Source of the DNA: Trichosphaerium sp. ATCC 40318 | Taxonomy: Eukaryota; Protista; Tubulinea | Assembly (NCBI GenBank): GCA_038496445.1 | Contig: JALMLS010000453.1 | Coordinates: 62,001 to 126,000 of the forward strand | Reading direction: 5' to 3' | Length of the DNA stretch: 64,000 nucleotides | Shown here: positions 40,056 through 54,000 of the stretch, one piece after another | Position numbering within the stretch: the first letter of the stretch is position 1 | How the letters are laid out: the number at the start of each line of letters is the position of its first letter | Position numbers and translations under genes: made by a program | The notes under the pieces: generated by a model | Databases searched by the model: none | Seen by the model: the letters and a program-made list of their open reading frames with translations, nothing else | What the model was told of the DNA's origin: nothing

Positions 40056-41514
40056 TCACCATATGAAATAATAGCCTATTGTCATTGCAGCAAAGGCAAC
40101 ATGTAGTTTTAATAAACTGTTTGCTTTCGAATTTACACATGGTGATTCCTTGATAGCAACAAGTGTTTGTAGCTCTACCACGTGGTATATTAGAAGCAAT
40201 AAGGAATTGTTGAGGTAAGTACAGTACCTTGACGTATCTTAAGCTGACATCCTTCAACTGTACTTACACGCACTGTAGATAAATCAACAGTACAATGGCT
40301 TGCAAGTCTTGCTATTTCTAATTTTTGTGTATCACCATCTAATCCATCAATCACAATGTCTCCATCAAGAAACGCACATCCTTTGATATCGAGAATAGCA
40401 CCTGCTGCAATCTCAAGAGTTGCATTTGCTTCCAGGACTAAATGACCTAGGCAGCTGTTTATTGTTGTGTGTCTGCTTAAAACGAAGGCATACCATCTAC
40501 AACTACCAGCTGGTCTACTCTAAGACTATCGGTTACAACAACTCTTGCTTCCTCTTATACAAAAGTGAGATGCAAGTCGACCAAGTAACAACTAGCGCAC
40601 CACACAAGCTACTGCTGAATGCATATCTTATTGCAGCTTTTATTATTGATGCTCCTACATCTGTAATGGTAGCGTTTATTCCCATGAATAAACCAATACG
40701 TGGAGCAGGTGTTGTTGAATTATCCAACAGTATTGAACCCTAAATAAGGAGGTATTAGATCTACAAAATGATTGATGAGGTAGTAACGAACAGCCCTTAC
40801 CGTTTCGTACACATAAACTGCTACTCCACCCAGCTCTGCCATTGCTATTATTGTTGCTCCGCTTCCAAGATCTTGTGCTGTTACCATACAACCCACTGTG
40901 CAGTTAGAAATAAGTTGAATGTGTCCAGCAAAGCCAGCCGCTAGAGGATGTGATGGCTCTAAAATGTCAACTTCTGTTTGTGTATTTTGTTCTCCATTTC
41001 CCATAAGAAATTCATCAAAAGCATTCTCTTCGTATATTATTACAGGAACATTAGCTTTTCCTAACCCAATCACGTTCCCAGCAAACGCTGACTGAGATAC
41101 AATCTAAGCACAGTTAGATCAAAACACATTCGGTTAAGTCATGTAGATAACTTATTGTGCCAATTTTGTGCGCTAGCACAAAGCTATGTGTGTAGCTTTG
41201 TACAGTAAAAACAGCGTATACGTACCATCATAGCGTAATTAGATGCCTCCAGTAAAGATACAGCTTGTGTACACCTAAAATCTACGTCTAATCCAGCCTC
41301 TTCGGCGTAGTTATGTATTGCGATATCTCCTGCACCTTCAGTAGTGCAGTTATTGTCGTCAGCCTATGGTTTTTGTAAGTTTTGGTACAAGAATGGCCAT
41401 TTCACGTGCCAAAAAGAGTACAGTGTTACACTTAACACTAGTTGAAGGAGCGCTAGTTGGTTGCAATAGCGTTACGCTTATACATAACGAAAAAAATAGG
41501 TATAACAAACCCAT
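40056..41514 (-). CDS. secreted/GPI-type surface protein, tandem copy A
   Basis: Signal peptide MGLLYLFFSLCISV, VPVIIYEE...SHPLAAGF...RIGLF...AAIRYA domain, LDIKGCAFLDG module, hydrophobic tail. Confidence 0.78.
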
Positions 41515-42335
41515 CAAGTTAATGGGAAATCGTTTGGTACTTGTAAAAATTTGCCGTCATGTCAATATGGGTCAAACAGTTTACAAGCAGCTGGAATACC
41601 ACAAGTTTTGAGACAGACTGACTTTTATCTATAAAATTCCAGTTGGCAGATGTGACGGATTTGACACTTCTGACATATCACAGTATTTTACTTACATATT
41701 GTACACAGCACGATCAAACCACGGAAGTGTTCAATGAGCTAAAAGCGAATTAAAAGTTGGTGTCTTAGAAAGCTATCACATTACCGCCAAACGCGGTACG
41801 AATGCCTGAAACACTGTTTGCTGTATGTTTTGTTTGAAAAAATCTACGTACTTGTATAACTAACTAGCGCTACGCTAGCGCCTACCTCACGCTAACAAAA
41901 GCACTTTGGTAACATCCAAACTGCACGGCAGGTGTAATGACCTCAACAGACCCCAAAACGCCACCAGTGTTGCTGTAGGATTTGTAAACGCCACTGGGTG
42001 TCAAATATAAACATAATTTTTTTTTTGCTATGGGCTGCTAAATCACGTGTGTTAAATGGTTGGATTCACTGGACAAGCGCGAGGGTTAAAAAGCGAGATT
42101 TGCAAGATCATCTTCCATGGTCTTTTGAAACAAGCATAGCATTGTCACGCAAATAGTTCACATTGTGAAATATACACCATTTGACAGAAGTGTCAGATCT
42201 CCTAAAAGTGCTAAGAACACTTTCTAAACATTATTTAGAAAACTTGAATACAGGAATATTGATTTGGGTTTTTTCCATCACGTGAATTGTATCCGCTAGC
42301 GTTAATTTCTCGCTGTATGATCTAGCTCAAGTTCT

Positions 42336-43748
42336 TTATTCGAATGTTGAGTACATGGAAAACGAAAGACAGCTTATTACCACATAAAACGCAATGATTA
42401 ATTCTTGACATGCGCTTACACATGGTGATTCCTTGATAGCAACAAGTGTTTGTAGCTCTATCACGTGGCATTATTAGAGGCAATAAGAAACTGTTGAGGT
42501 CAGTACCTTGACGCATCTTAAGCTGACATCCTTCAACTGTACTTACACGCACTGTAGATAAATCAACAGTACAATGGCTTGCAAGTCTTGCTATTTCTAA
42601 TTTTTGTGTATCACCATCTAACCCATCAATCACAATGTCTCCATCAAGAAACGCACATCCTTTGATATCGAGAATAGCACCTGCGGCAATCTCAAGAGTT
42701 GCATTCGTTTCCAAAACAAGGTGACCTTGAAACCATCAGCGGTGCTTCTACAATTTAAATGAAGGTAATACCAAGAATATTGTTCAGCTGATCCACTTTA
42801 AGACTATCAGTTACCACAATTTCCCTGCCAGCCTCTAAATAGTAAGAACACAACGAGAAGATACTGATAGTACGTACCACCACACAAGCTGTTGTTGAAT
42901 GCATAGCCTATTGCAGCTTGGATTATTGATATTCCTGTATCTGTAACATTGGAGTATTTGCCCATAAATAAACCAATACGCAAAGCACGTGTTGTTGATC
43001 CATCTGCCAGCATTGAACCCTTCAAATAAATAGATTAAAACAAGACAAATATACATCCAACAGCCTGTCCTAGCAAGAACAGTCCGTACCTTCTCGTATG
43101 TATAAACTGCAACTTCTGTTCCATATGACATTGCTATTGTTGTCGCTCCGCTTCCAAGATCTTGTGTTGTTACCATACAACCCTCTGTGCAGTTAGAAAT
43201 AAGTTGAATGTGTCCAGTAAAGCCAGCAGCTAGAGGGTGTGATGGCTCTAAAATGTCAACTTCTGTTTGTGTATTTTGTTCTCCATTTCCCATAAGAAAT
43301 TCATCAAAAGCATTCTCTTCGTATATTACTACAGGAATATTAGCTCTGACTAACCCATCCACATTCCCAGAATCTGCAGACTGAGATACAATCTAAGCGT
43401 CAGTCAGATAGCCAAAAGTGGGCCAATTGTGAGTTATCGCTGTCACAAATAGCGGACGTACCATCATGGCGTAATTCGATGCCTCTGTTAGCGGTACTGT
43501 AAGCGTACATCTAAAATCTACGTCAAATCCAGCTTCTGTGGCGTATTTGTTTATGGCATTATCAGCCTTTCCCTCAGTACTGCAGTTGTTGTCGTCAGCC
43601 TTGTTTAATGTCAGCTTTGGGACAAGAACTAAGCTGCACGTGCCAAAAACAGTACTGTGTTACATCTAGCTGTATTAACAGACGCAGTAGAGGTTTGCGC
43701 AAGTGAAATACCAATGTAAAGAGAAAACGATAGATACAACCAAAACAT
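42336..43748 (-). CDS. secreted/GPI-type surface protein, tandem copy B
   Basis: Paralog of 40056-41514 with the same intron positions; signal peptide MFWLYLSFSLYIGISLA. Confidence 0.78.
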
Positions 43749-44607
43749 CACGTTATATGATTTTTAATTACGTCCAGTTACTTTCAATAAAAAATTGCCG
43801 GATAACGTCATAAAAACAGTTCAGCTTTATTTCAAAATCAGTCAACTCCATGTTTTTTTAGTCACATGCACGCAAACATAGTTTTATATGGATAGCCTGA
43901 AAGCAGAACAAAACAAAAAAACAACGAAATCCGTGCTTGATTTCATTGCCTTCTTGTTGATCACATGGAATTATACAATCATATTGCAATTACATTTGTA
44001 AACGGGCACGATACATAGCTTGGCTTCTATTGAGGCTAGATAGTTACTCTTTGCAAACGGCCATGTATGTTATATTGCTTTTGATACGACCTAGGGTGTT
44101 TTTGGATGCTGAGTAAACGCCACCGAAGTAATTTTGCCACTACACTTTTCGATCTCGTAGCAACAAATAGAAAGATAATTGCACATACTCTACCTCAAGT
44201 GAACACCATAGCTGTATCAAATGAGTAAGTTATGCTACCAGACAAAGAGATAGCTCTAACTTGAACTTATAGATATCTATGTAGGTGATTATGAGGTTGT
44301 ACTTTGAAGTCATTTCATTCAATACTGCAGGGTAAAAAGTTTCGTTACAATGCAAGTGATATTTGTCAATGTACTTGTGTACCAGAGAACAAAAGTGTCA
44401 AATAAAGAGGCATTAGGCTACTAGCACGTGCTGCAAAGAAGAAACACGTGCTTTTTTTTCTGTAAGCCATCACTATCTTTTAAGGTGTCACCATTCAAAT
44501 CCTCTACGGTCAAATCTAGTCGTTGTTTACGAATTTGCGGAAACGTAAAGCTACAAATTAAATTGACCTCGTTCACTCCAAACACTACCTAGCGCGTATT
44601 TAAAGCC

Positions 44608-47320
44608 ATGGAGGATAAACTCGAAGGCGGTAATAGGCGGCGCGTAATGTCAGCCATTGCACGAAGGGAAATGGAAAGGTACGTTTCGTTTTTAGACGTA
44701 TTCAAGCGCTTAGTACCTACTTATCGCTATAAAAAAACGTTTTTTTTACTAAACGACTTAAATCGCGTAATTGAAGCCTTTAGACACTCTTCTTTCAGTC
44801 TACAAGGCACTACAACGCCAGAACGCTTTGGGAAGTTTTATGAAGCATTTGCTGTCATTGGTGTGCCCCCAGACGCGGAAGTACGCATAATAGTAGTGTT
44901 TTAAAGACATAAGCACCTTTAACGAAATAAATTGTAACAAAACAAAAGATCGATCAGAAGACACCAACCAACATAGAGCCAAAAGTTATATTCGAGTATC
45001 CACCGAATAACTCGTTAAAGTACGCTTACACAAACGGAAAATTCGTGGTTCATTTTTGTTACCTCGTTACTGGCTTTACGTTCTACCATTCGGATTCCGA
45101 GCGTATACTTACGTATATTTTAGCGTAAAGAGTCTGATGCTTCCAAAATTCTGGCACGTGGCAGAAACATGATTTTTTTGTTTACTTCTGGAGCAAAAAA
45201 TTTATTTCAACTAAACATGCTGCTGAACGGTTTGTCTTTTACTGATTATGGAATATGTAGTTTCCCAAGTGGATTAGAAACAACACAAGTTAAGAGAACA
45301 GCATCTTCGTCAAAGATAAACACGTTGCTATTTGGTTCTTTATCTTCACTTGAGGAATCAAATAGAAGTTTTGTTTTCTTACTTACAGGAACAAAACATG
45401 TTTACTATGGTAAACACAAGAAATAATTTTTGTCTCGGTGCTAACTATTCTATAGCTATATGTGTGATGAATCACGAACTTATAAACGTACGCAACGAAT
45501 TCATTTCTACGAGTGTTGTGGTCTGTTTATTAATGGTTCTTTAGAAATTTCCTTCGTTTATGGGTTCTGTTGTTAACTCGAACAAACATAGTGTCAGGCC
45601 TCAATATGATTGTGTAGCACCTAGATGCTATGTATTTATTAGTAAATTTCCGTTCTTTGATATTCACTTTGAAGTGCTCTATGCCATACTAGGTACTAGC
45701 GAGTTTGTTAGGCCTGTTTTAACTGTTCCAATTTAGCTGGCGAGCGACTTGAGATTCTTAAGCGAAGCGTAGAAAAAGATGAATGTCGTAGCACGGGAAG
45801 TGACTTGGGAATAACAATATCTAAGAAAAACAAGGCAATATCTCTTTTAAAAGCGTACCATCAACAAAAAGTACCAAAAACGAATGCACGAAAATCCATT
45901 TCGTTACCTTCAGACTTGGGTGATCTATCGTTTTACTGCAGGGTACAATACACGTGCACATCATTGTCCTAATATTATATAGCCTGTGGATGACACTCAG
46001 CTTATCGCTGAGTGGTCAATAGTATCGACTTTTAGGTTCCTTAACATTGATGTCTTGTTAAAGCTGTTCTCCGCGATTTTACAAGAAGTACCAATTGTAT
46101 TGGTTTCTCAAAATCTCTCCGTGCTCTCTGCAGTAGCGTGCGTTCCACCTAACAACCACTTCTGAATTATGTTGTAGGATGTCATTGATTCCTTTGCTAA
46201 AGCCGCTAGTGTGGCAGGGACCGTTCATTCCTATTTTGCCGTTATCTTTAGAAGAATGTTTACAAGCACCAAGTTAGTTGAATAGAAATCGAGACAAATC
46301 TCTAATTATTTACAGTGGCCTATATTATTGGTATACAGAAGCTCACTGAATACTCTAAACGCGAAATAAGAGACTCAATGGTCCTTGATATTGACCTCGG
46401 AGGTTGGCTCACTCAAGTTGAACTGGTGCCACTTCCAAACGAGAAAAAACTGTATCCACGTATTTCTTTTCAAGTTTTTTGGTTCGTTCTTTATTTCTTG
46501 ACTATACAAGTCGATCAAAGCTGGAACAATTCTACAACAAAGTGTACATAAGCGATGATGCTGAGCGTTTGAAAGCCCTAAAACAACCATACAAGAAGAA
46601 GCAGAGAAATGGACAGAATTCTATGGAGTGTTTAATTGAATTGAGAAGATATTTAAGGCAGCTTCTCCACAAAATGTTTCAATGCTTACCTGCCAAGTTC
46701 GACTTTTCTTCCAGTAAGCAAATAGCAGCATACGCAAAATCAATAGAAAATGGAAAGTACAAAAGATTCTACAAGCGTCTTATATCAACACAAACATTTT
46801 CGTTCTACGTTGAATCAAAACAGACAAATACTTTTGAAGAGAGTAAGCTATCATTGAATCTAAAGGAGTCAAGGTATCCTCTTAAGAGTTTTTAATATTA
46901 TACTAATACTTTCATAGGCATAGTATAAGCGAAGGTTCTAAAACAATGAAAAGTACACACCAGGTATGTAACTTTGTTTCATTGATTTATGTTTTTTCTT
47001 ACTTTTTTCAAAGACGGAAGGCCTGTACAGAGACAAAGATAATTTACGTGCGTAATAGTAAGATTTCATGTCTCTTTTGACATATTTACTTAGATATGAG
47101 AACATCAAAGATTTCATCTCCTGCAAGTCGGTAAGAAAACAAAAGTAAAACAATTTTCTACATGTGCAATCCATTTGCAATTCACGTTTTCTCTTGTCCC
47201 TTGGTAATATTTAATATTCCTTTTAGAAGACGACCTTCACCAGAAAAGATGCGTCCTCACTCTAATAAGATTTCCAAAAAAAATCCGCCAAAGCCAATAT
47301 CACCAAGGAGTATAACATAG
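44608..47320 (+). CDS. DENN domain protein (Rab GEF-like)
   Basis: FYEAFAVIG, EPKVIFEYPP, LPKFCFPSG, RCYVFISKFPFF, LLKPLVWQGPFIPILP, AYIIGI, FYKRLISTQTFS. Confidence 0.88.
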
Positions 47321-47577
47321 CTCTCCAAAAAAATCCACCAAACTTTCTTTTTGTAAATAATTTTACTCTGTATTAAAATGTGTATCTCTTCTCCCCAACC
47401 CTAGACCCAAACGACCTGTTGGCTTCAAACAAACCTCCAACCTTTCCAGCAACCCTTTGTTGTGAAAGTGACAATCGAAAAAAAGTGAAAATTACTCACG
47501 TGGCAAAATAGTCAACGCTCGTTTACGGCGTTTCAGAAGAACATACTTCGAGCATTGTAATACTAGTGCACTACGCA

Positions 47578-50081
47578 ATGGCAATGAATGACCCAAATAG
47601 CTTATCAAACAAAATTCAAGCGTTAAATGTTGGGGAGTTATCAAATAAACAACCAATACAACAATTACAAGCATTTTTAAACGCTCTTGGCGTTGAACAA
47701 TACCTTGTTCAGTTCTCTCAAGCTCATATTCTTACAATCGATTCTATTTTACAACTAAACGGTAATGTACTCGACGCACTGGACGTAAAAGATCCAATGG
47801 ACCGTTATACTATTTTAATGGCAATTGGGTATATTAAACAGAGTCGTGTACGCGCAGTGGTATTAATAACGCGGTTTCTAACTCATTAAGGGTATTAATG
47901 TTACAGACTGGCCCAAAAAACCTAATGTCGCTTCAACGTCCGCCAAAATTACTACTCCTACGGTATGGTCACTCCGTATGCCTAATTTATCTAATTCGAG
48001 AGTAGCCAGTAAAAGTGTCAAGCAAGCCTACTCTAGAACCTACTGTAGTGAGCCAGGCACCTCAGCAACCAACACAACCAGTCCACCCGATACAGCCCAA
48101 AAAAGCTCCAGAACCTGTTCAACAGGCTAAACCGCCAAGACCAGAAACAAAATACGGTACGAGCGTGTTTATTTTACTTTAAAATGCGTTCTCGTATTTA
48201 CAAGCTCTTTTTTTGAGACAAACAAAAATCTTTTCTTCAACTCACTCTATCGTTCAGAACCACAGGCAAAGACATCCGAAAAACCTGTTGATAAAGAGGC
48301 TGAAGCATCTCGTTGGAGTTTGTCTGGTTTAGCAGCGAGTATACCATCATTTGGCGCTCAAAAGAGCTCTGGAGAGGAAAACAAAGGGCTTTTTCAGTTC
48401 TTTACAAAAACAGATACTGATGAGAAGAAAGCAGCACCTGCACCACAACCACAAGCGTCAGGACCACCACCAATACCCAAAAGACAGTACCAGGCGTACC
48501 CTTCAGCAGCACAACACAACAAAAGGTACGAAAACCATTCAGTACTTGTACCTTGGTTCAGTGAATTAAACCAATTTGACACATTGCGCAATGTGTCATG
48601 TTGGTTTTTTTTCGCAATTTCTTGTTTTTTACTTATTTTTAATGTAGTGCTACTGCAGCTGCTCAACAAGCACCTACTCAGACAGGTCCACCACCACCTC
48701 GCCCTCAGAATCCTCCATCTCTTAATGCTATTTACCATGACACTATAAATAATAACAAAGCCGTTGTACCACTAGCAAATCCTTCTGCTCCTCCACCTGA
48801 GCCTCAACGCACGTACCAACCGTATGCTCCTCAGCAAACTCAGCAACTACACCAACCGCAACAACCACAACAACCGCTATATCCACCCATACAGCAGCCA
48901 ACCTACCCTCAATACTCGCAAGGAGTCCAACATCAGCCTCCAGCATACCAACCACAACATAATCCGTATGCACACGCTCCTGTACAATACCAACAACAAC
49001 CGCCACCAAGACCACAGGCACAACCACAACACTTGGTACGCTTCTACTTGGTATTTTTGGACCGATCCATCTAATTTAATGCTACGTAGTCAACAATGCC
49101 TCTTGGACAGTCTCCTGTTTATCCACAGCCTGCTCAAATACAACCACACGCGGCTATTAACCCTGCAGCAAAAAGCCAAGAGTCTTCAATGTTTAAGATC
49201 CCAAGGTAAGCTCCCATCACGTTTACATCTTGTTTTAACACTCTATAGTACACAAAAGAAAAAACGAAATAGTGAAGTCCCTCCACCAGCAACAGCCATA
49301 CCTAGACTTGGACGTCAAATACACATAACATTACTTGAAGCAAAGTTCGTGAGGGTAAGTTACATGTGTTTTCTTTGGCTATTTCTGGATTGCTTATCAA
49401 CTGATCTAGAAAATTAAACCACCTCATTGCCGACTATGTATTGGTTGTAGAGGACAATGGTCAGAAGAAGAAAAATGTATTGGTGGAAGGCTTACAGCTA
49501 TGAATTTTACATACAACCAAACGTTTGTGTTTCCAGTTAAAAACCCTGCTCATGAAGTCATAAAAATACGTGTACTTAACAAAAAATATGACTTGGAGTT
49601 GTTACATACACAAGTACGTATAAGACACGCTCTTTTAGAGCTCAGGGAGCACCAGTTTCTCTGAATTTCGAACGTTGTTTTTGTATCTTTTGAGTTAACT
49701 TTCTTAATAGCTTGGGCGCATTGACTTGATGTTATCCGAGGTACAAGCGTATAAAGAAACTGAGCATTGGTTACCACTTGTACATGAGAACACCAGAAAA
49801 GAGTGTGGTAAACTACACTTAAGGTATGCCTTTAAGTCCTTTACTTGTTTGTATTAAGAGCTCTTTTTCTTACTGTTTATTAGAATTGCTGCTTTTGGAT
49901 TTGGTAAAGGATTTAGAGGTCGTCCTCAAAAGAAAAGACAACAAAACTCCGGAGGTGGTTTGCTAAGCACAATGTACGTAAACTTATTTTGAATGACCAA
50001 TGATTTGTGTTTTGATTCTTCTTATTTACTTACTTTTTTATCTATAGTATAAACGTATTTGGTACAACTCAAAATTCATGA
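47578..50081 (+). CDS. SAM domain + Pro/Gln-rich region + C2 domain protein
   Basis: FLNALGVEQYLVQF...LDALDVKDPMDRYTIL (SAM); IHITLLEAK...YNQTFVFPV...LGRIDL...HWLPL...GKLHL (C2). Confidence 0.8.
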
Positions 50082-50284
50082 ATGAAGTGACTCGTATTGT
50101 TCTAATATGCACGCTGTAAATAAATCCGTATAAAAAAACCAACAAAATCTTATTACTACACGTGTTAACAAAATACAACGTCAACTCTTTTAAAACAAAT
50201 TTTCCCTCTTGCTGCATCCTGTGGTAAGTTTTTGTTACTTGAGTGTATGATAAAATTGCTACAGTGTTTGTTGTGTAAATACAA

Positions 50285-50856
50285 TCAATTTTGTAATTTA
50301 TGAAGACCTTGTTGTGTAACTAAAGTACCGTTGGTCTTAATTCTATAGACACCAGACAGAGCGCTTATACCTTCATCTGTAACATTGCGGCACCAAGTGA
50401 TATCTATGATATGAACACCAGCAAGCGCTTTTATCCCTTCATCTGAAATATTGCATTTCTTTAGGCTGATGTCATAAACACCAGATAGCTTTTATACCTT
50501 CATCTGTAACATTGAGGCACCCATTGATATCTATGGTATGAACACCAGACAGAGCTTTAATCCCTTCATCTGTAACAGAGGTTCTTGTCAGATTTATATA
50601 ATAACCCCAGCGAGTGCTTTTATAGTTGAAATGGCAACGTTTTTGTATCCAATAATGTCGTGAACGATAGAAGCAAGGCAACGACAAGTTTGAGAAGCTG
50701 TAAATCGGGCTTTAGTTGTATGACCCAAAATATGTGCTAAAATCTCTGTGGGAAGGTCTAAGATGCTTTTTTGCCCACTGTAGTAACGTTAGAATTGATG
50801 AGTGGAGTAATTTAATCGTACCTATTATCTTCGGTGGTTAATGGGTTTTGTAACAT
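50285..50856 (-). pseudogene. truncated paralog of the F-box-like/LRR gene at 459-2036
   Basis: ILDLPTEILAHIL, same first-intron position, SGVHTIDI repeats, internal deletion and two 1-nt frameshifts (about 50603 and 50488). Confidence 0.75.
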
Positions 50857-51070
50857 CAAGTAGAGCTTTGTAGGTTAGTTTCTCTATTCAGATAATGATA
50901 TTTAATGACGTCAATTGGGCTAAGTCGATGGACTTCCGGTGACTTAGGCGACTTAAGTGACTTTTAGATAAGTTGTGAATTGTCTGGTTGGTACATCTTT
51001 TCACAATCTAGAACGCACTAGCAGGTGTTGAATTTCAAAAAAAGGAAAAGTACAAAAGAGGGCCAACAAA

Positions 51071-54000
51071 ATGGAAAGTTCCTCATCAACAATCACGTTC
51101 TACTTAAACGGAAAAGAAGTGCAGGAGACAATAACAAACCCTTCTTTGACATTATTAAAATGGCTAAGGTCTGAAAGTACGTCCAGGTTTTGAGATTTTT
51201 TGCCAAAAAACAATACCCCTTATTCTGTACTAGAAGTTCGTTTGAATGGCACTAAACTCGGTTGCGGTACAAATCAACGTATTTTAACGTTTATTAAAAC
51301 ATTTAACGTCTAGGAAGCGGATACTGCGGTGCTTGTACTGTTGTCGTACAGAGATGGAGTGTAGAGAAACAACGCGTAACGTAAAATGGCTTTCTGTTGT
51401 AGTACTGTAACTGTCGAGTTAAATCTCTTTTAGGCATAAAGCAGTCGCCGCTTGTTTGTTGCCTCTGTGTTCAAGTACACGTGATAATCACCACTGCGCA
51501 CTATTTACGTAATTTTAGTCGATGGATGTGCCGTCATCACTATTGAAGGCCTTGGTAACGCAAAGAGCCTACATCCTATCCAGGCAATATAATTTTTCCG
51601 ATGACTTATTTCTCCACTTTCGTGTTTTTTTTTTTTTGACATATCTACTAGCGCTCTATTTTAGAACTTCATGGATCTCAAGTACGTTCAGAATAAGATA
51701 ATCAGTATTATAACAAAGAAAAATAACAGTGCGGTTTCTGTACACCTGGAGTTATAATGGCTGTATACGGCTTCTTACGCGAAAATCCCAATGCATCAAA
51801 AGGTAAAAGAAAAAATCACGTGATTATTTTTGTATCTCTTTTTTAACGAACTGGATTTATCATAACTTTTGTGATTTGGGTATGCTTACATTTCTCATAC
51901 TGACTTTGTTTTTCACGTACAGAACAATTCGAGGATAACTTTGATGGTACAGAAGATTTTTCTAGCACAGTGTGGTTTTTTTTAGCTAATCGTTGTGTAG
52001 GAAATCTATGTAGGTGCACAGGATACAGACCTATTTTAGACGCAGGCAAAAGGTTATGTCCTAGTAGTGGTAAACCATGCGATTGTGTATGTTGAAGTGA
52101 AACCCTTTTTTTTTTTGAGGAAACAAACTTTTTATAGAGTGATGCGCCTGAAGAACGGCTTGAAGAAGTCGAACAAAACGGAAGTATTGTAGGACCTAGT
52201 GAACTAATATTTCCATCACGTTTAAAGAAGTATAATATCGAGTCTCGAAAGTTCTCCAATGATAACATAACATGGTATCAGCCCGTTACAGTAGATGAAG
52301 TTTGTGAAATCAAAGTACTTGATTTAAAGGAAAACAAAAGTTTTCGCGAACTGATGACCTTAGAAAAATAATCCAAAAGTCATGACTGTTAATTTGAGTA
52401 CTATGGCATTTGTACAAGGCGCTAAAGTAGATCTACTGTATCAAAACAATGTCTCAAACCTACGAAAAGTACGTTTATTCCTTTCCTTCTTTTATCTCAT
52501 TTTAAGCTTAGATTTCATCAAACGATGAAGGTATAACTGTTGGTTCGATGGCTACAATTGCTGAATTTAGAAGTGCGCTAAAAGAAATTAAATCAATGAG
52601 CATAGAGGCACGTGAACAAACAGAATTTCATTGACAAAGAAATAGAAATTGGGTCACAAAACACAGAGCGTTGATGCTCTTTTGGACCAAATAAAATGGT
52701 TTGGTGGCAAACAAACTAGGAATGTAGCATCTGTTGGATACAACGTAATATCAGGTTCTCCAAGATCAGATCTCCTACCCATACTGTGGGCACTAGTACG
52801 CTGTTTTTTCTTTGTTTTTCAGTGCTTCAGCAATATTTTGTTGCGCGCAACATTTCTTACCTGTAATAAAGGGTGGAGGAGTGAATGTTATGAACGTGAA
52901 TACAAAGAGGAAGACTTATATACCTATAACAAAAGATTTCTTAATTGGCTTCAGAAAAACGGCAATAACAAACGAACAACTTGTGCTTGATATTTTTTTC
53001 CCATTTTCTAAAGAAGGTGATTTTATTTGGGCTGTAAAACAGTGTAAAAGAAAGGTAAACGATCTGGCAATTGCATCATGTGCTTTCAAAGTAAAAATAC
53101 AGAAAAAAGGTAACCCTAGACGATTAACTACAATGGAACAATCTCAAACATCCATTTTCTTTTTCTTCCTTCTCATCTTTCTAGGTGACGGGCACATTGC
53201 AACTTCTCCTATCTTATGTTTCGGAGCAATGGGTGCAACTATAAAGAGGTAGAGTAGCCCTTTCAAGCTTTCTCAACTAAGTGTAATCGAACAATAGAGC
53301 ATGGAAGGCTGAGAAATTTTTGGAAGGAAAACCATGGTCGCGAGATACATTATCTAAAGCAAATGAACTTCTACAACAGGTTTGGTGCTTTAGTACGATG
53401 TTTTATTTACTTTCTCGCGCAGGACATGACTCTTGATTCAAAAGCACCTGGTGGCGCTGTAGCGTTCCGACAAACTTTATGTCAAAGTTTCTTTTTGAAA
53501 TTCTTTCTTCATGTTTCCAAGCAACTTGACTTGCCAATTGTAAGTTACTTTCTCTTCAAAAAAACCCTCTAATTCGTTCATAAGGATCCTAGAGAAGTAA
53601 GTGGAGGTATGGAACTACAACGAGGATTGAGTTCTGGTACTCAAAAAATCCCAAGCGAAAACAAGTATGAAAACAAACAAATTACGTTACTTTATAACTT
53701 TCATGCAGATCCATGTTTCCAGTGGGTCAGGGTATCCCACATATGAAATCACATGTTCAAGTCACTGGAGAAGCGCTATATACTGATGATATGAGACAAC
53801 CAGTTGGAACTCTACACGCTTGCTATGTATTTGCTATGAAACCTAATGCTTCTATAAAGTACACCTTTGCTGCCTCTAGTATTCCTATCATAACCCGTCT
53901 TTTAGAAGCATAGATTATAATGCAGCACGTTCAATGCCTGGTGTAGTACAAATAATCAATATAGATGATGTACCTGGAGAAAAGCAAATTACTATTTTTT

